From Antedon mediterranea (taxonomy: Eukaryota > Animalia > Echinodermata): DNA of 64,000 bases. Within the stretch, counting starts at the first letter, position 1, and each line of letters begins with the position of its first letter. Positions 51,418-63,600 of this stretch are shown here, piece by piece. The notes under the pieces were generated by a model, which saw only the letters and a list, made by a program, of their open reading frames with translations, did not search any database and was not told where the DNA came from. The stretch covers positions 14,765,045 through 14,829,044 of the forward strand of contig NC_092680.1 in NCBI RefSeq assembly GCF_964355755.1. Reading direction: 5' to 3'. Both the position numbers and the translations under genes were made by a program.

Positions 51418-52100
51418 AGGACAATAGACAGATGAAGTCATTCCCTGTTTAAAACACCATATATACATAGAATACATTCATTCTTGGCATTATTTTTAAT
51501 TCGTTTTGGGGAATAAGAAAAATATACATTCTTATCTGCTCGATCGGTTGAACTCTACTTCCGGTTCATATGCTGACATCATATTACTAATTAATTAGCT
51601 ACGTCACGAAAGCGACACTAGACAGCGCTCTACCACGACCATGTGCAATGTGCTGTAGCTGCCTGCTGTGTATTGTGTTGTTTGATCAGCCGAGTGATTC
51701 TTTTGTTCGAAGTTTTCGCAAACTTTTCTTCATTTAAACTTAGTTTTGTTACTCAAAAATGCCGTATTGTGCAGTATTTGGGTGTAGTAACAAGAATGCT
51801 CTTTTAAAAGTAGGATTCTTTCGTTTCCCAAAAGATAAAGTGTTGCGGAAGGCATGGATCCATGCAATTAAGCGTAAAAATGTTGAGGCTAGCGAACATT
51901 CAAGGGTATGTTCAGCACATTTCAACGAGGAGGATTTCGAAAGATATCCACCCAGGCTGGCTGAATTTGGTTACCCTGGCGCTAGTTGGAATTGAAAGTG
52001 GATAGAATTCCATCACAAGTAAACCTAAATCCTGTAACCACCGGTAGTACGGAAGAAAAGACACGAAGTGCGTACAAAAAACGAAGACGCCGAGAGGCAA
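51418..52100 (+). mobile_element. Kolobok-type element 5' end with THAP domain
   Basis: TTAA|AGGACAATAG terminus. ORF 51759 reads MPYCAVFGCSN..FFRFPKD..AWIHAIKR..RVCSAHFNEEDF (C2CH THAP). Confidence 0.75.
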
Positions 52101-52589
52101 GTATTGCTATTTTCTGCATGTCTTTTAGTTAGTTTAGACCTTACTAGCCTAAGGGGTCTATGATAAATTCGGCCGCCACTCGTTTCAGTCGCAAGTTTAG
52201 GTCTAGAAAATGTAGGCCTAAGACTTGAAATTATAAAAAAAGATGTAAAATGTTTAATATAGTAATGTATAGGCCTAGCAAGGCTATAATTAACTTTAAA
52301 ATAGTACGCCTACATACTACAGACATGCGTATAATTGTGCTGGGTGGAGGTGGGCAGGGACTTCAATAATTTTAAACCCCTGAATAACCTAAATTATTAT
52401 TGTTTAAACTACCAGTCACCCTTCCTTACATTTTTGTAGCTATCCCTGATCCTATGTACAGTACTAGGCCTCTTATATAGTTATATATATACGGTATCAT
52501 TAATGGAGCATATATTGGCATTATTGCTCCAAGTTAACACTACATTTTTTTTTATTAACAACAAGCAAAAGGCCTACTTAAATAATGAT

Positions 52590-52830
52590 AATGAGATCGG
52601 TTGGAAGTGAAAAACTGGCGTAAAAGCACCGGCAAAAAGATGTCTGTGTTCAACGAGATGGCGGACACGTTAGCAGATGGGCCATCCTCATAAAGAAGGA
52701 TTTAATATCCAAACGAAATTGAAGGGGTCGTCGTATAAATCTGGAGCCGGTGCAAGTACGGGATTTGAACATTTTTCTGCCATAAATGATATTTTAGGTC
52801 ATAGACCAAATATAAACCCAAACCCCAAAA
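52590..52830 (+). pseudogene. Myb/SANT (trihelix) fragment of Harbinger accessory type
   Basis: KKMSVFNEMADTL..SGAGASTGFEHFSAINDILGHRPNINP. Confidence 0.5.
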
Positions 52831-52973
52831 CGATCGGCTGGTTGGTATGCCTGACAACCAATCGATAATGCCGAGCGCAAGTGTTCGGTCTAGGCCTGTA
52901 ACTCCTAAACCAACCACTACTACTTTTAATAACAACGAAGGTAGTCACAAAGCAACTTTACTTTATAAATTAG

Positions 52974-54665
52974 GTGGGGAAGTTAGTGGAGACACCCACT
53001 TATAAGAGACGATGTCTGAAGTTAGGCACACAGGAATCAAATATTGATTTAGTCCTTTGGGGCGATAAAAGTCAGTTGATTGACTGGAAAGCACTGAAAC
53101 AAGTGACCGTTTCGGCGGTAGTGGTAGAGGAAACAAATAAACTTAAAAGCACAAGATCTACTGTTGTAGAAGTACTGTAAGTGTTGTGATGGTTTTTTTA
53201 TTTTGCATGCCAAGTTTGAGGTTTATGGCGGCTTGATATTTACCAAATAGGCATGCTCTCGGCCTAATTCTGTCTATTGTCGTCTGGGCAAGGTGTCTCG
53301 GGTTGGAGTGCGCTAAAATAATTGCACTACGATGTTGTTCTTTATATTAGTTTGTTGGTTGTATAATTAGTATCGGTAAAGTGATATTGAATATTGTAAG
53401 CTCAACATATTTTGTGTTATAATTTAAGCTTGAGATGTGTAGGAAGGCTTGACTTTTTAAGCGTATAGCCTACTCAAATGTTATTTAATCATTACCAATA
53501 TATTTTAGTTAAATTGAATAAATAAATATGTCGGTTAACAATGGCCATATACATGGCTGTTTACCGACCGACCAACCATAGTGAGCTGTAGAGACGCATT
53601 GCACGCGATTTAATACGAAGATATTTTTATTTTGATAGTGAAGTAAATAAAGGTTATTAAGAAAGAATGAAACATGTCGTAACTGGAATGGAAATAGCGT
53701 TATTGAAATTAATAAATATTGAAAAAAAAATGAATTTACTTGGAAAAATGATGGTGAATTACTTTGTATTTTGAGAAGAATTAGAATTAGATATGATTTG
53801 TACGCTGTATTTATTAAACAATGTCTAATTTAAGACTGATTCTGATTCTGAATTTTTAGAAGGGGTGGTCATCAGGCTTGGCAATGAGAACGAAGGGTGT
53901 GTACTTCTATATTTTATATTACCCAGCAGGAATTTTGTGTAACTTTGGCGTTTGGATTTGGGAAATGGGGAGGTTGTGTGATTGGTTTTAGATGCGTGTA
54001 ATAATAGGCGCTTTTTTTTGGGGGAAAGGTAAGATCGATCGATGACAAACAATACTTTTCAGGGAAACGTAACCAGCAGAAATACGTCAATATAGCGGGA
54101 CGAGCATATTTTTGGAGGGCAATTGACATAAACATGTGTAATTTCTTATTTAATCGATTTATAGACATATTTGGACTATAGAATGTTTTTAAAAGATTAA
54201 CTGGCATCATCAATAAATGTGAAATTTTTGTGGTCATTTTAACAGTGTGGTTGCTTCAACACTATGTCTCTTTTCTTTTATTTTAGGCGCTCAACAACAT
54301 TTTTCAATTATTTTTTTTAATCAAAATTAATAATGTAGGGTAATATTTTTGCAACATTTAACGCTTTTTGTTATACGATTTTCTGTTAGTTTCGCTGGCA
54401 AGAAATGTTTTTCGTGAAAGATGTTTTCCGTTTCATCCATGGAAAGATAAGGAAGGTCAATGTGTTGGTTTATAAAAAGAACCGGCAATGTTATTTTTTT
54501 AATGTTTCATTGTTTTGTTATTATTTCATTTTTAGATATCCTGTAGACGTAATCCTCGAAGATGGTGAAATTTTAAAAATTCCAGAGGGTTTTTATTTTG
54601 ATTTGGAGATTGAATTGCCTGCCAAAGTCAACTATCAAAATGACGGAGATACTGTAGGTTGTTAA
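52974..54665 (+). pseudogene. RPA-like OB-fold gene fragment (paralog 4)
   Basis: Exons VETPTYKRRCLKLG..DLVLWGD..VTVSAVVVE..LKSTRSTVVE, EFLEGVVIRLGNENEG| and YPVDVILEDGEILKIPE, in the same exon layout as 30245-32170. Confidence 0.7.
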
Positions 54666-55090
54666 CCGCATTAGAAGTGTTTTAAAAGCATGGTATGTAT
54701 TTTTGTAGTGTATAGTGCATTGTTTTAAATAGTTATTTTGCATGCATTGACATGTTTTAGTTTAATATCAAACAGGTTATGTAGATAAACGGATACAAAA
54801 TGTAGTCTTAGTTATAAAGAAAAGTTAATTGAAGCCTTGAAAGAAAACATCAGTGTGGAATTGCAAGCTAGGCAACACATTCAGTTGCGTAACCAGGGAG
54901 CTGATTTTCAACATGTGTAATCAAAGAATGCTCTCTTTTCTGATATTATTCAACATTCTTATTTATAGAATTTATTTAATATCCAATATGCCACTGAGCA
55001 TTTTAGATTTTCCATTTTCCAAAGTTCAAATATACTTAATGTTCAATTCCAGTTTGATTCATTAATGTTTTTATTTTTATTTCTGTCTAG

Positions 55091-56235
55091 ATTCAGTCTT
55101 CTACTTCCGTTGAGTCACTACAATCAGCAGTGGATGAGGCTGAAGATTTTTTGAGTTTAGCGGGTGTGTTAACACACATAGACTCGCTAGATAAAAAAAA
55201 CAAAATTGTGTCCAATGCTGTAAGATTCTATGTCCTTGACAGGACACGATCAGCCTTTGAAAGGTTTGTAAATTTGTAAGAAATTGGTATATGTTAGATG
55301 TTATTTAGAATCGTTATGCAGAGATCAAAACAATCTGTAGACAAAATAGAAAAATTTATGTGATCACGAAATAGACCATGCATTTCAATGTCAACATCGT
55401 CGAAATGAAGGTAAACGATAAATATAATTTCAATTCAAACGGGCAAAAATTAAAATAAATGTAAAATCTGAAATATTGTGTGTACTTGAAAAGTCAAGCT
55501 CAGCATCCCATAATTAGATTTCCTTGGCCTGACTGTCCTTTATTCATTAATTTTAAAATTCTATGCAAATTCTTATTTATCCTTTTTTTTGTAGAATGCT
55601 TTCCGGGCTTGAGACACTGGGTGTCCTGCAAATTATCAGAGAAAATCCTGTAGCATGCAGGAAATGCTTCCTAAATAGTGAAGTTCCTGCAATAACAGCA
55701 GAAACGCTGAGAGACCTCTTTTTTGTTGCTTATAGCGAGAGAGGAAGCAACAAAAGAGCAAAGGAAGAGGTAACTGCCGCTTTCTGGTATGATTACCTGC
55801 TTGACATTGAAGGTACAGTGTGAACAATTTTTAAATTGAGTGTATGTATGTAATGCAATTAGTGTATTAATTGAACTATTATGTTATTGTCTATTGTATC
55901 TTTTAGTTAAAAATACTTTGGTTGCATGGGATTTTCATAACATAATAAAAAGTGTCTAACTACGCCTGTTTCTTTTTTTTTCAGAGGGAACAACCCAATC
56001 TACTCTAGCTGATGTATTGGCTTTTTCCAGCGGAACCACCAGCATCCTCGTAACGACATTTACGGAATTACCCACAATAAACTTCTCACACAGCGATGAC
56101 AAATTTCCAACAGCAAACACATGCAGTGTGGTCCAACAGCAAACACATGCAGTGTGGTGCTGAGACTTCCAACTATTCACTTGGAGTATATAAAATTTAA
56201 AGAAGCTATGGATTTTGGTATCCTAACTGCTCAAA
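55091..56235 (+). pseudogene. G2E3-like HECT E3 ligase, last three exons
   Basis: Exons 55091-55263, ~55595-55812 (GLETLGVL..YSERGSN..FWYDYLLDIE) and from ~55985 (LADVLAFSSG..FPTANTCSVVLRLP..FKEAMDFGIL). A 26-bp duplication at 56107-56158 frameshifts it. Confidence 0.82.
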
Positions 56236-56810
56236 AAACGACTAAAAGATATTAAAATCATCTATAAAATTGGCCAAATCTCAGTTTTTGCATCTTCATA
56301 AATAAAACCTTCATGAAGCTGACAAGCTGAAACTTTGAATCTTGTTTAACAACCCTCTCAAATAGTTGGGAAAAAAATATAAATATGGTATGTCAATTAG
56401 TTACGAAGATATTGTGTCTTAAACATCTTGAAAAGTGCAATTACAACTAAATAATTGTAATTTTTCAGTTTTCCTCACATACAAAATACTTATTTTTTAA
56501 ATTTTAAATTTTGGATAAGTGTTCACAATATACTGGACTACTCACAGAGAAAAGACAATTGCATTTGGACAAAGACTTTTAAAGATATTGGCCCATAAAA
56601 GTACCTCCAGACCTCAAAAAGTGCCTTTTTTGCAGTAGTGGGATACCTTTGAGAGGCCATTGCTCAAAAGTGTACAAGTATTTCATGGAGAACTTTTGAT
56701 ATAGTATGTGTAACATATTCATTTCACAATATCAACTTTCAAAATGTAGATCCAAGAGGTGGGAACGAAATCCATGTTCTAGGCATCTTTTGAGCTACTG
56801 CTTATGGCCT

Positions 56811-58075
56811 ATATACATAGAAAAAAAAATGCTCTTTTTCAGAAAGCATTCTCAAACATACTGAATATAAATAAAATAAGTTATTATACCAAAATATGAT
56901 ATATTTTATGTGTGGTTGAAATGTTTATATTAAATATAGTGTTATTTTATATATGTAGGTAGGTGCACTGGTGGAAACACCGACGTTGTAACGGCAGTAT
57001 GCATAAACTAGCAAACAATTACGTAATTGTTGTATCTGGGTTAATTTGCATAAATGCCAGCGACGTCAACGTATAATAGAATCTAACTGGCTAGTGTGGC
57101 TAGTTGAGATGATGCCAGTGTATAGACCGGAGGTCTTAGTATTAAGAAGTTACACTATATTGAGAATTTACACAATAAAATATCTCGAGTCGATTGTTGC
57201 ATATGATACAAGCTTCTGTGTTCTTTCTTACGTATTATCTCAACTCAAAGAAATGGCCAGTGAGGCCGCAGTTACAGACATTAAAATTGGGCACCGAAGG
57301 TTGTAGCATTGATGTGATGTTGTGGGGTGAGGTTGCTGTGGGTGTTTCAAGCAATCTGAAATCATGTGATGTCTTGATTTCTGCTGTTGAAGTCGAGGAG
57401 GAGAATTTCAAATTGAAAAGCTCTCCTTCCACTGTTGTGGAGGCAAGTTTAATATTTTAAAATAACTGAAAGAAATGTTTTTTTAAAATTGAAATGGAAG
57501 ATGCTTAGGGTACAGGTTACAGTATATATCTTATAAAGACATAAGCTAGTGAAGTGAAATGATAAAAAGAAATGTCTATAATTGGTTATTATGTCTTGCT
57601 TGAAATTGAACTTTGTATTATTTTTATTTATTTTTTTTAAATATTACACGCCTGTAACAGCGAACACATTATTATTATAATTATTCCTTGTACTTATAAA
57701 CTGATTTCGGAGTGGAATTAAAAGAGTCGTAAGTTATTTGCATTAGGTCAGGATTGAACCATGGACCTTGGAATTAGAAGTTCGTGACAGCGATATGATG
57801 TACTTTGTATTTGAATGTCTTAAGCTCTTTTTTTCCCCTTTTCCTATAGCGAACATACCGTTCGACCTATTATGAGAATTGTTGTACAAAAAGGCGGTAA
57901 CTGTTGGTATTAATGCTGAACTAGTATTGAGGGAGGACAACCTGCGAGTAGAGACAACACAGGCAGCAGCAACCATTGCAAAATAAAGCAGAATGTAGCA
58001 AGAATACAGCGTCGTGAGGTGGTTTCCCGAAAGATCGTAAAATCAAAACGGTACTGGGTATGACCAACTAGCGTT
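56811..58075 (+). repeat. Dispersed third copy of the OB-fold/MULE-tail segment
   Basis: Matches 27244-28029 and 28479-29752 with scattered substitutions. Confidence 0.93.
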
Positions 58076-58084
58076 CTTGTCACC

Positions 58085-59115
58085 AACTACTCATCCATTC
58101 ATAGAATGAATACCATCCTATGATCATAAGATAGTGTCTTGCAATTGCATCTAAATCTTCTTATGCATATGTTGAACTCAGAGGTACCTTTACAGGAACG
58201 GGTACAATTGAATTACCAAGCCGACGGCAATTGAAAGATTACATCAATGCCATTAAACTTAAAACTGGTTTTAACCCAGCTATTATTGAAACTTAGACAA
58301 ATATGGTGAAAGATTACATACCACTAGAGAGATATGTTGCAATTTTGTTTGATGAAATGAAGGTTGAAAGTGGATTGGTATGGGACAAGCACTCAGGTGA
58401 ATTGATTGGGTATATTAGGAGATCCTGTTACAAACTATGCAACACTTTAAAGTCAAAAAATATAGCCACCCATGCGCTTGTTTTTATGGTAAAGGGCATA
58501 TGCTCCAAACTGCAGTTTGTGATCAGGTATTTTGCAACAGGAGCAAATGATTGAGCAAATACATCATTTCAATTGTTCCCAATCTTTTGGAAGGCAGTCT
58601 CAATTTTAGAGACTTCGTGTGGACTTGCTGTAGCTGAAACTACAGGATAGGGCATTAGTAATCAGACGGTTCTTCAAAATGCATGCAGAAATGAGAAAGA
58701 TGTTGTGTACAAAGTTAACAATTTCTACGCTTTAAATCGCAACATATTTTTCTTTAGTGATGCTCCCCATTTGTTAAAAACAAGTAGAAATGTTCATTCC
58801 TTGGCAGACACATGAGGGACTCAAAATAAGCTCTTTAATCCGTTTGGTGCAGTTTCTTTTGCTTGAGAATGGAGCCATTGTTTTGTCAAACAAATTATGG
58901 CAAGATTCTGTTGAAGAGTATTTTGGACGACAAAGAAGGCTTGAAAGGTGGCGTGATAACCCAGATATTCGCGATTTTTAATTAAAGGAAAATAAACTGA
59001 GAATTCAATGCTCCATTCTGCAATTAAATGGAAATACCCAAGGAAGAAAAAGAAGAAAGAACGAAACAAGATGGCACAGTGTAAACAATGATCAAATTGC
59101 TAAAAAAAAGCGTTA
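58085..59115 (+). mobile_element. P-element (THAP9-like) transposase, decayed and internally deleted
   Basis: HPMIIR, LPSRRQLKDY, ILFDEMKVESGLVWDKHSGELIGY, ATHALVFMVKG, FFSDAPHLLKTSRN, QDSVEEYFGRQR..DNP. Confidence 0.88.
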
Positions 59116-59778
59116 ACATTTGAAAATGCATACAAAATGCATTTAGATTTGACAGTAAATTGCAGTATGAATTGCAACTTTGGACATAAATTTTGGACAA
59201 TAATTATAAGAAACTAAGTACTAGCATTATGATTATTTCAACAGTCAATTGATAATATATACTATATTGTAATTACCCTAGCCTAGTCCTACTACTACCT
59301 TAGGCTAGGCCACTAATTTTAACAAAAATTAATAAATATAAATATAATGTATACATAACTAATACATACCTGTTCACATGCTTGTTAATATGTATTGGAT
59401 GTGATACAGTAGAGTTTGGCCTCTAAAAATTCGCTTTATAAAAGGTTTAAAATCAATTCTTCGTCACTCCTTGAAAAAGCCATCTTTATAATTACAAAAA
59501 ATTGCAGTGTGCACGGTCACGCTTCATTTAACAGCATAGCGCAAGGATTCAACATTGCGCGAGACCGCATTTGATCTTTACAGTGTTTTCAGACCATTTA
59601 CTTTCTACTGACTATGGTATTATGAATATATTTACGTACATATTCCATGACGACTTTATAAATTAGCTTTTGTAAAATTGAGAATTCCTTAAATTTGGGT
59701 TCGTAATTGAGGGTTTTTAATGTATTCATCAAACTCCATTATCACATACGATACGGTTTACATAATAATATACTGTAC

Positions 59779-61568
59779 TAGGCTCGCGCTAACCGCTCGC
59801 CAATTCGCCAATGGCGACTGGAGTCTCCATTTGGCGAAAATAATTATTGCCTCGTTCGCCAAATTGGCGAAAACACATTTCCAAGCCTAGGCCTAGCCTG
59901 ATCGGCGTGACTTCTTATGGGAGCGACAATTCGCCACACTTCGGTACTTTCTGACTCGGGTACACTTTTTACCACCACAGCATTTTATGTGACGACGTCA
60001 CGATCGCCTTATTCATTTTTTTTTAGTTCTGTTTAAACATGCTCAGAGCGTGCCTCGATGACGTTTTAATGACACACGGTTAATGTGATTGGTTCGTGGC
60101 CGGCCGTCGTCGACGTGATGATGAGCGAATAAAACTAAAAGGGGAAGTCCCTATTCTTCGACGTAGAAAATGAACTTCGAGAAGAAAATGTAAACAGCAA
60201 CATGTGGACGAATACTTCCGTAAACGAGGCTGTTCTGTTATTTAAAAAGGGGAATTTTAAATTTAACAAAGTAATTACCTCAATAGTATAATGTTAACAT
60301 GTTTAATTTTATTTCCCTTTCGATTATTCTAACCGAAAGTTGCGCTTTAAATTGAATAGCTAAGAAACAGCGTATACTACAAGTACAACGGGAACCCTGG
60401 CCAAAGCGCGTTTCGGCCGCCTACATAGAATGGGTTACGGCCGCTGCATAGCAAATTCAAAGCTTCTTAAATTTCTGCGGTACATTTCTTCCTAACGTAC
60501 TTGTTTTATATAATAGATTGATAAATATTCCACTTATTAAATAATTTAACAAATCGGTAAAATTGACGTTTCGAAGCAAATATTCCATGATGAGAGGCGA
60601 CATTTTTCGACATGCCTCGTGTGCGGCGAAGACTAGTTCAGAAAATGGAACAGTCCACTGCGGGGGTTATCCAATCATTAATTAACGCGCTAATACATGC
60701 ATACCATGCACATTGCCTGGGCGACGGTAATTTAGTAATAAGCGGAGAACTGAATCCCCCGTAAGGAAAATGGTAAACACTGATATTTATGGTAGGGATT
60801 ATTTTTTTCAGTGGTTGGTTTTGTTGGCTTCTTCGCACGAGGTCCACGCAAAGTCAAATAAAACGATGTGGTTTTATCAAACAGAAATATAAATTAGCTT
60901 TAATTCACTACTAAATTAGCCAGATTTTGATAATGAGAAAGACTCAAAAATTCAATTTTTATCGTTAAAATTGACATATGAGGCGGATGTACATAATAAT
61001 AATAACCGATTTACATATCAAAATAAAGAGTATTTAAAGCCTGATAACATGCAACAAAAATTACGCCACCACTTATTATGGACCTCGTGCGATCGGGTGC
61101 GAAAATGGGTAGGTGTTTTCCAAAGTTATTTTTAGCGCGCGGATTTCGGCTCGCCGGCTTTTGTACCTCATTTTTAACTCGCGTTTTCTATTAAAATATT
61201 TAATAAACATAGATTAAAAATATATAAAAACAATCCCTTAAACAAGATCTTTCCAGGCATATAATTTTTATTCTCATGGGTACATAAGAAATAGTATATT
61301 TTTAACTTCAAAGACACGTCACTTTTTGAAATTTCACGAACGTGTTAAAATCGCAGTAACGAAAATCAGCTTTATTGGGATACCTAATAATAATATAAAT
61401 GTAAAAGAAGTAAAATAACAAACAAATACATGCATTATTTATTTAATAAACATTTTTGCAAATTTTTATGGTTTTTTAAATTTGGCTAAAGGATTTTCAT
61501 TTTGGCTAATGTTTTTCAAAACCTTTCGCCATTCTGGCGAACGAAAATTTGACCTTAGCGCGAGCGTA
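59779..61568. mobile_element. Non-autonomous hAT-like element
   Basis: TIR TAGGCTCGCGCTAA / TTAGCGCGAGCGTA (one mismatch), subterminal TCGCCA/TGGCGA repeats, and CTGTAC on both flanks (degenerate TSD). Confidence 0.7.
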
Positions 61569-61867
61569 GCTGTACATACCACTGTTGAAGCACTTCTGTC
61601 AGCAAACTTGATATCTGCATTGAACTCTATTAATCACATAACAATAGGGTTTACATACCATTAGACTATTGTTGTTGATTGCAAACTTGATAAAGTATCC
61701 CTATCATCAGCAAGTGACATACAAATCAACAGGTTACCCTAATATAGGCTGACCTACAAAAATATAACCACAAAAAAAGGTTATGTACCAACACATAATG
61801 GTATCGGGGATGTTTCGACCCAGGAACAATTGGGCCGGAAAGTTGCAGGGCATAAATGTATCGGCAA

Positions 61868-63410
61868 GGGTTCGAGGCTCACTCGCTCCATGGTTCTGGT
61901 GGTAGAACGAGTCTTCTCGCATAAGGACTATAAACCGTAGGTCCAGTGTACACATAGCTCATGCGCACTTTAACCGATTCACCACGATAAGCGCTTAAAG
62001 CGCTCAAAAGGTTAAAAGTCAAGGTCATTGTAAACAAATTAACAAAAAAAAAGTAAATCGAATTTACATGCGCAGTTTGCTGTGCATGAATCGTAACAAC
62101 AAATTATACAAAATACTCACAACTTTTTTTTAAAAAATATGCTTCTAAATATATAAAAACAATTGTTGAAGTTAGTTTGAAAATAAAATTCGAAAATATA
62201 ACCGTTTTTCGAAGCACGCTGTTCGAAACGCGACAGGCTCGTTGAATGAATCTAGGCCTAAACATACAACGTAAAATCGTCTAAAATCCATCTTTATTTC
62301 TAATAATCACTATTTTGAAGCTTGTAATTGTATACAATAAATGTATAATAAATTAAGATTATGTATCAGTTACAGTGTCTAAATCGTCATATTTCCATGT
62401 AAAAATGTGATTTTTCTACCGGAGAAAAGTCGTGAAGATGTCCACACGAGGGCCGCGCCATATTGTTTACCTTTGATTGTAATATGAACCCTAACATGTC
62501 AGATGCATTATGGGCATGAAATATTTGTTCAAACTCTGTGCAAAGGTCAGTTTATTGAAGCATAACTTTTGACAAACATTTTGATACCAAACTTGTTTTA
62601 ATTTCATAAGTTTTCGACGCATTTTCGTCAAATTTTCTGCAAGCTACACGTCTAAAACAGCGGACTAAGCTCCCGAGGGATGCCGGTGCGCGTGAGAATT
62701 GCGAATTCCAAGTCGCTTTCGGGATGTTTTTTTTAACATTCCCGGTGAACAAACAGCGGCGACGACGCTCTCGGGGCGGCTCCCGATAGGCCTAGGCCCC
62801 ATATGGTCATCGTCGGATGAGTCAGTCTACTAATTTCTTCATAATTTCGAAACCGGTCATTCATAATGGTCAAGTTTGGTCTTATTTTGAAGAGAAGAAA
62901 TAGGTTCTGATGAAGAGATGAGTTTTATTATGAAATATTTATTAATTTTTGTGCATTTGGTAGTCAAAGATAAATTACAAATTTTTAATAATTTTCCTAA
63001 AATATTTCTAAAATTTGCATAATCCATACTCCGCCAAAATAAGTTGTAACACAAATTTGATAACATATTTGGAAATAAAATGTCCTCTTTGCATTATTTT
63101 TGTTTTTTAATTTTTTTAATGTCTGTGTTTAGAAAAAAAGTTAGGGTTAATTATATGACATATGCTTTTTGGGTCCCAGGGGAGCAAAATAAACTTAGGG
63201 GTCAATGGGTTAAAGAACCTAGTACATCTTTCGAGACGAGTAGGGGTTTACCCCGGTGTACTAGTCCACACAAACACAGCCACTGTCACACACAGCCACT
63301 GTGCAAATTGGGACTGGGCCGTTTTAGAGGTGTTTACCACCTATTTATTCGACTTCTCACTAAAACTAACTGAGTTAGTGAGAAGTCGAATAAATAAATA
63401 AATAAATAAA
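61868..63410 (+). mobile_element. tRNA-derived Nin/Deu-domain SINE split by a TTAA insertion
   Basis: B box GGTTCGAGGC, core ATAAGGACTATAAACCGTAGGTCC..GCACTTTAA|AGAACC..GAGTAGGGG..CCCCGGTGT, and (AATA)n tail at 63389-63410. Confidence 0.8.
61974..63209. mobile_element. piggyBac-like non-autonomous element
   Basis: TTAA TSD (61970-61973 and 63210-63213), imperfect TIR CC(G/C)ATT(C/G)ACC. Removing it restores the SINE core. Confidence 0.8.
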
Positions 63411-63417
63411 AGTATCG

Positions 63418-63600
63418 GATTCCCAATGTATCATGGGCCAAAATGTATCATGGGCCTGTCACGACAAATATGGTCCAGGGCCAAAATCGGTCTGGCCGGA
63501 CCTAAATTTGTGACCAAAAGCAGAATCATGGGCCAAAATGCATCATGGGCCAAAATGCATCATGGGCCAGAATGCATCATTGGCCAAATGCATTGTGGGT
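63418..63600. repeat. 17-bp subterminal-type repeats, probably a DNA-transposon end
   Basis: AATG(C/T)ATCATGGGCCAA units, about 7 copies, after GGATTCCC. Confidence 0.65.

Noticed and set aside
60388-61386. Possible nested DNA element ending ..TTTATTGGGATACCTA inside the hAT-like MITE
   Set aside because: No matching opposite TIR or TSD was found.
61570-61650. Ankyrin-like peptide on - (LIEFNADIKFADRSAST)
   Set aside because: It is too short and flanked by stops, so it could be chance.
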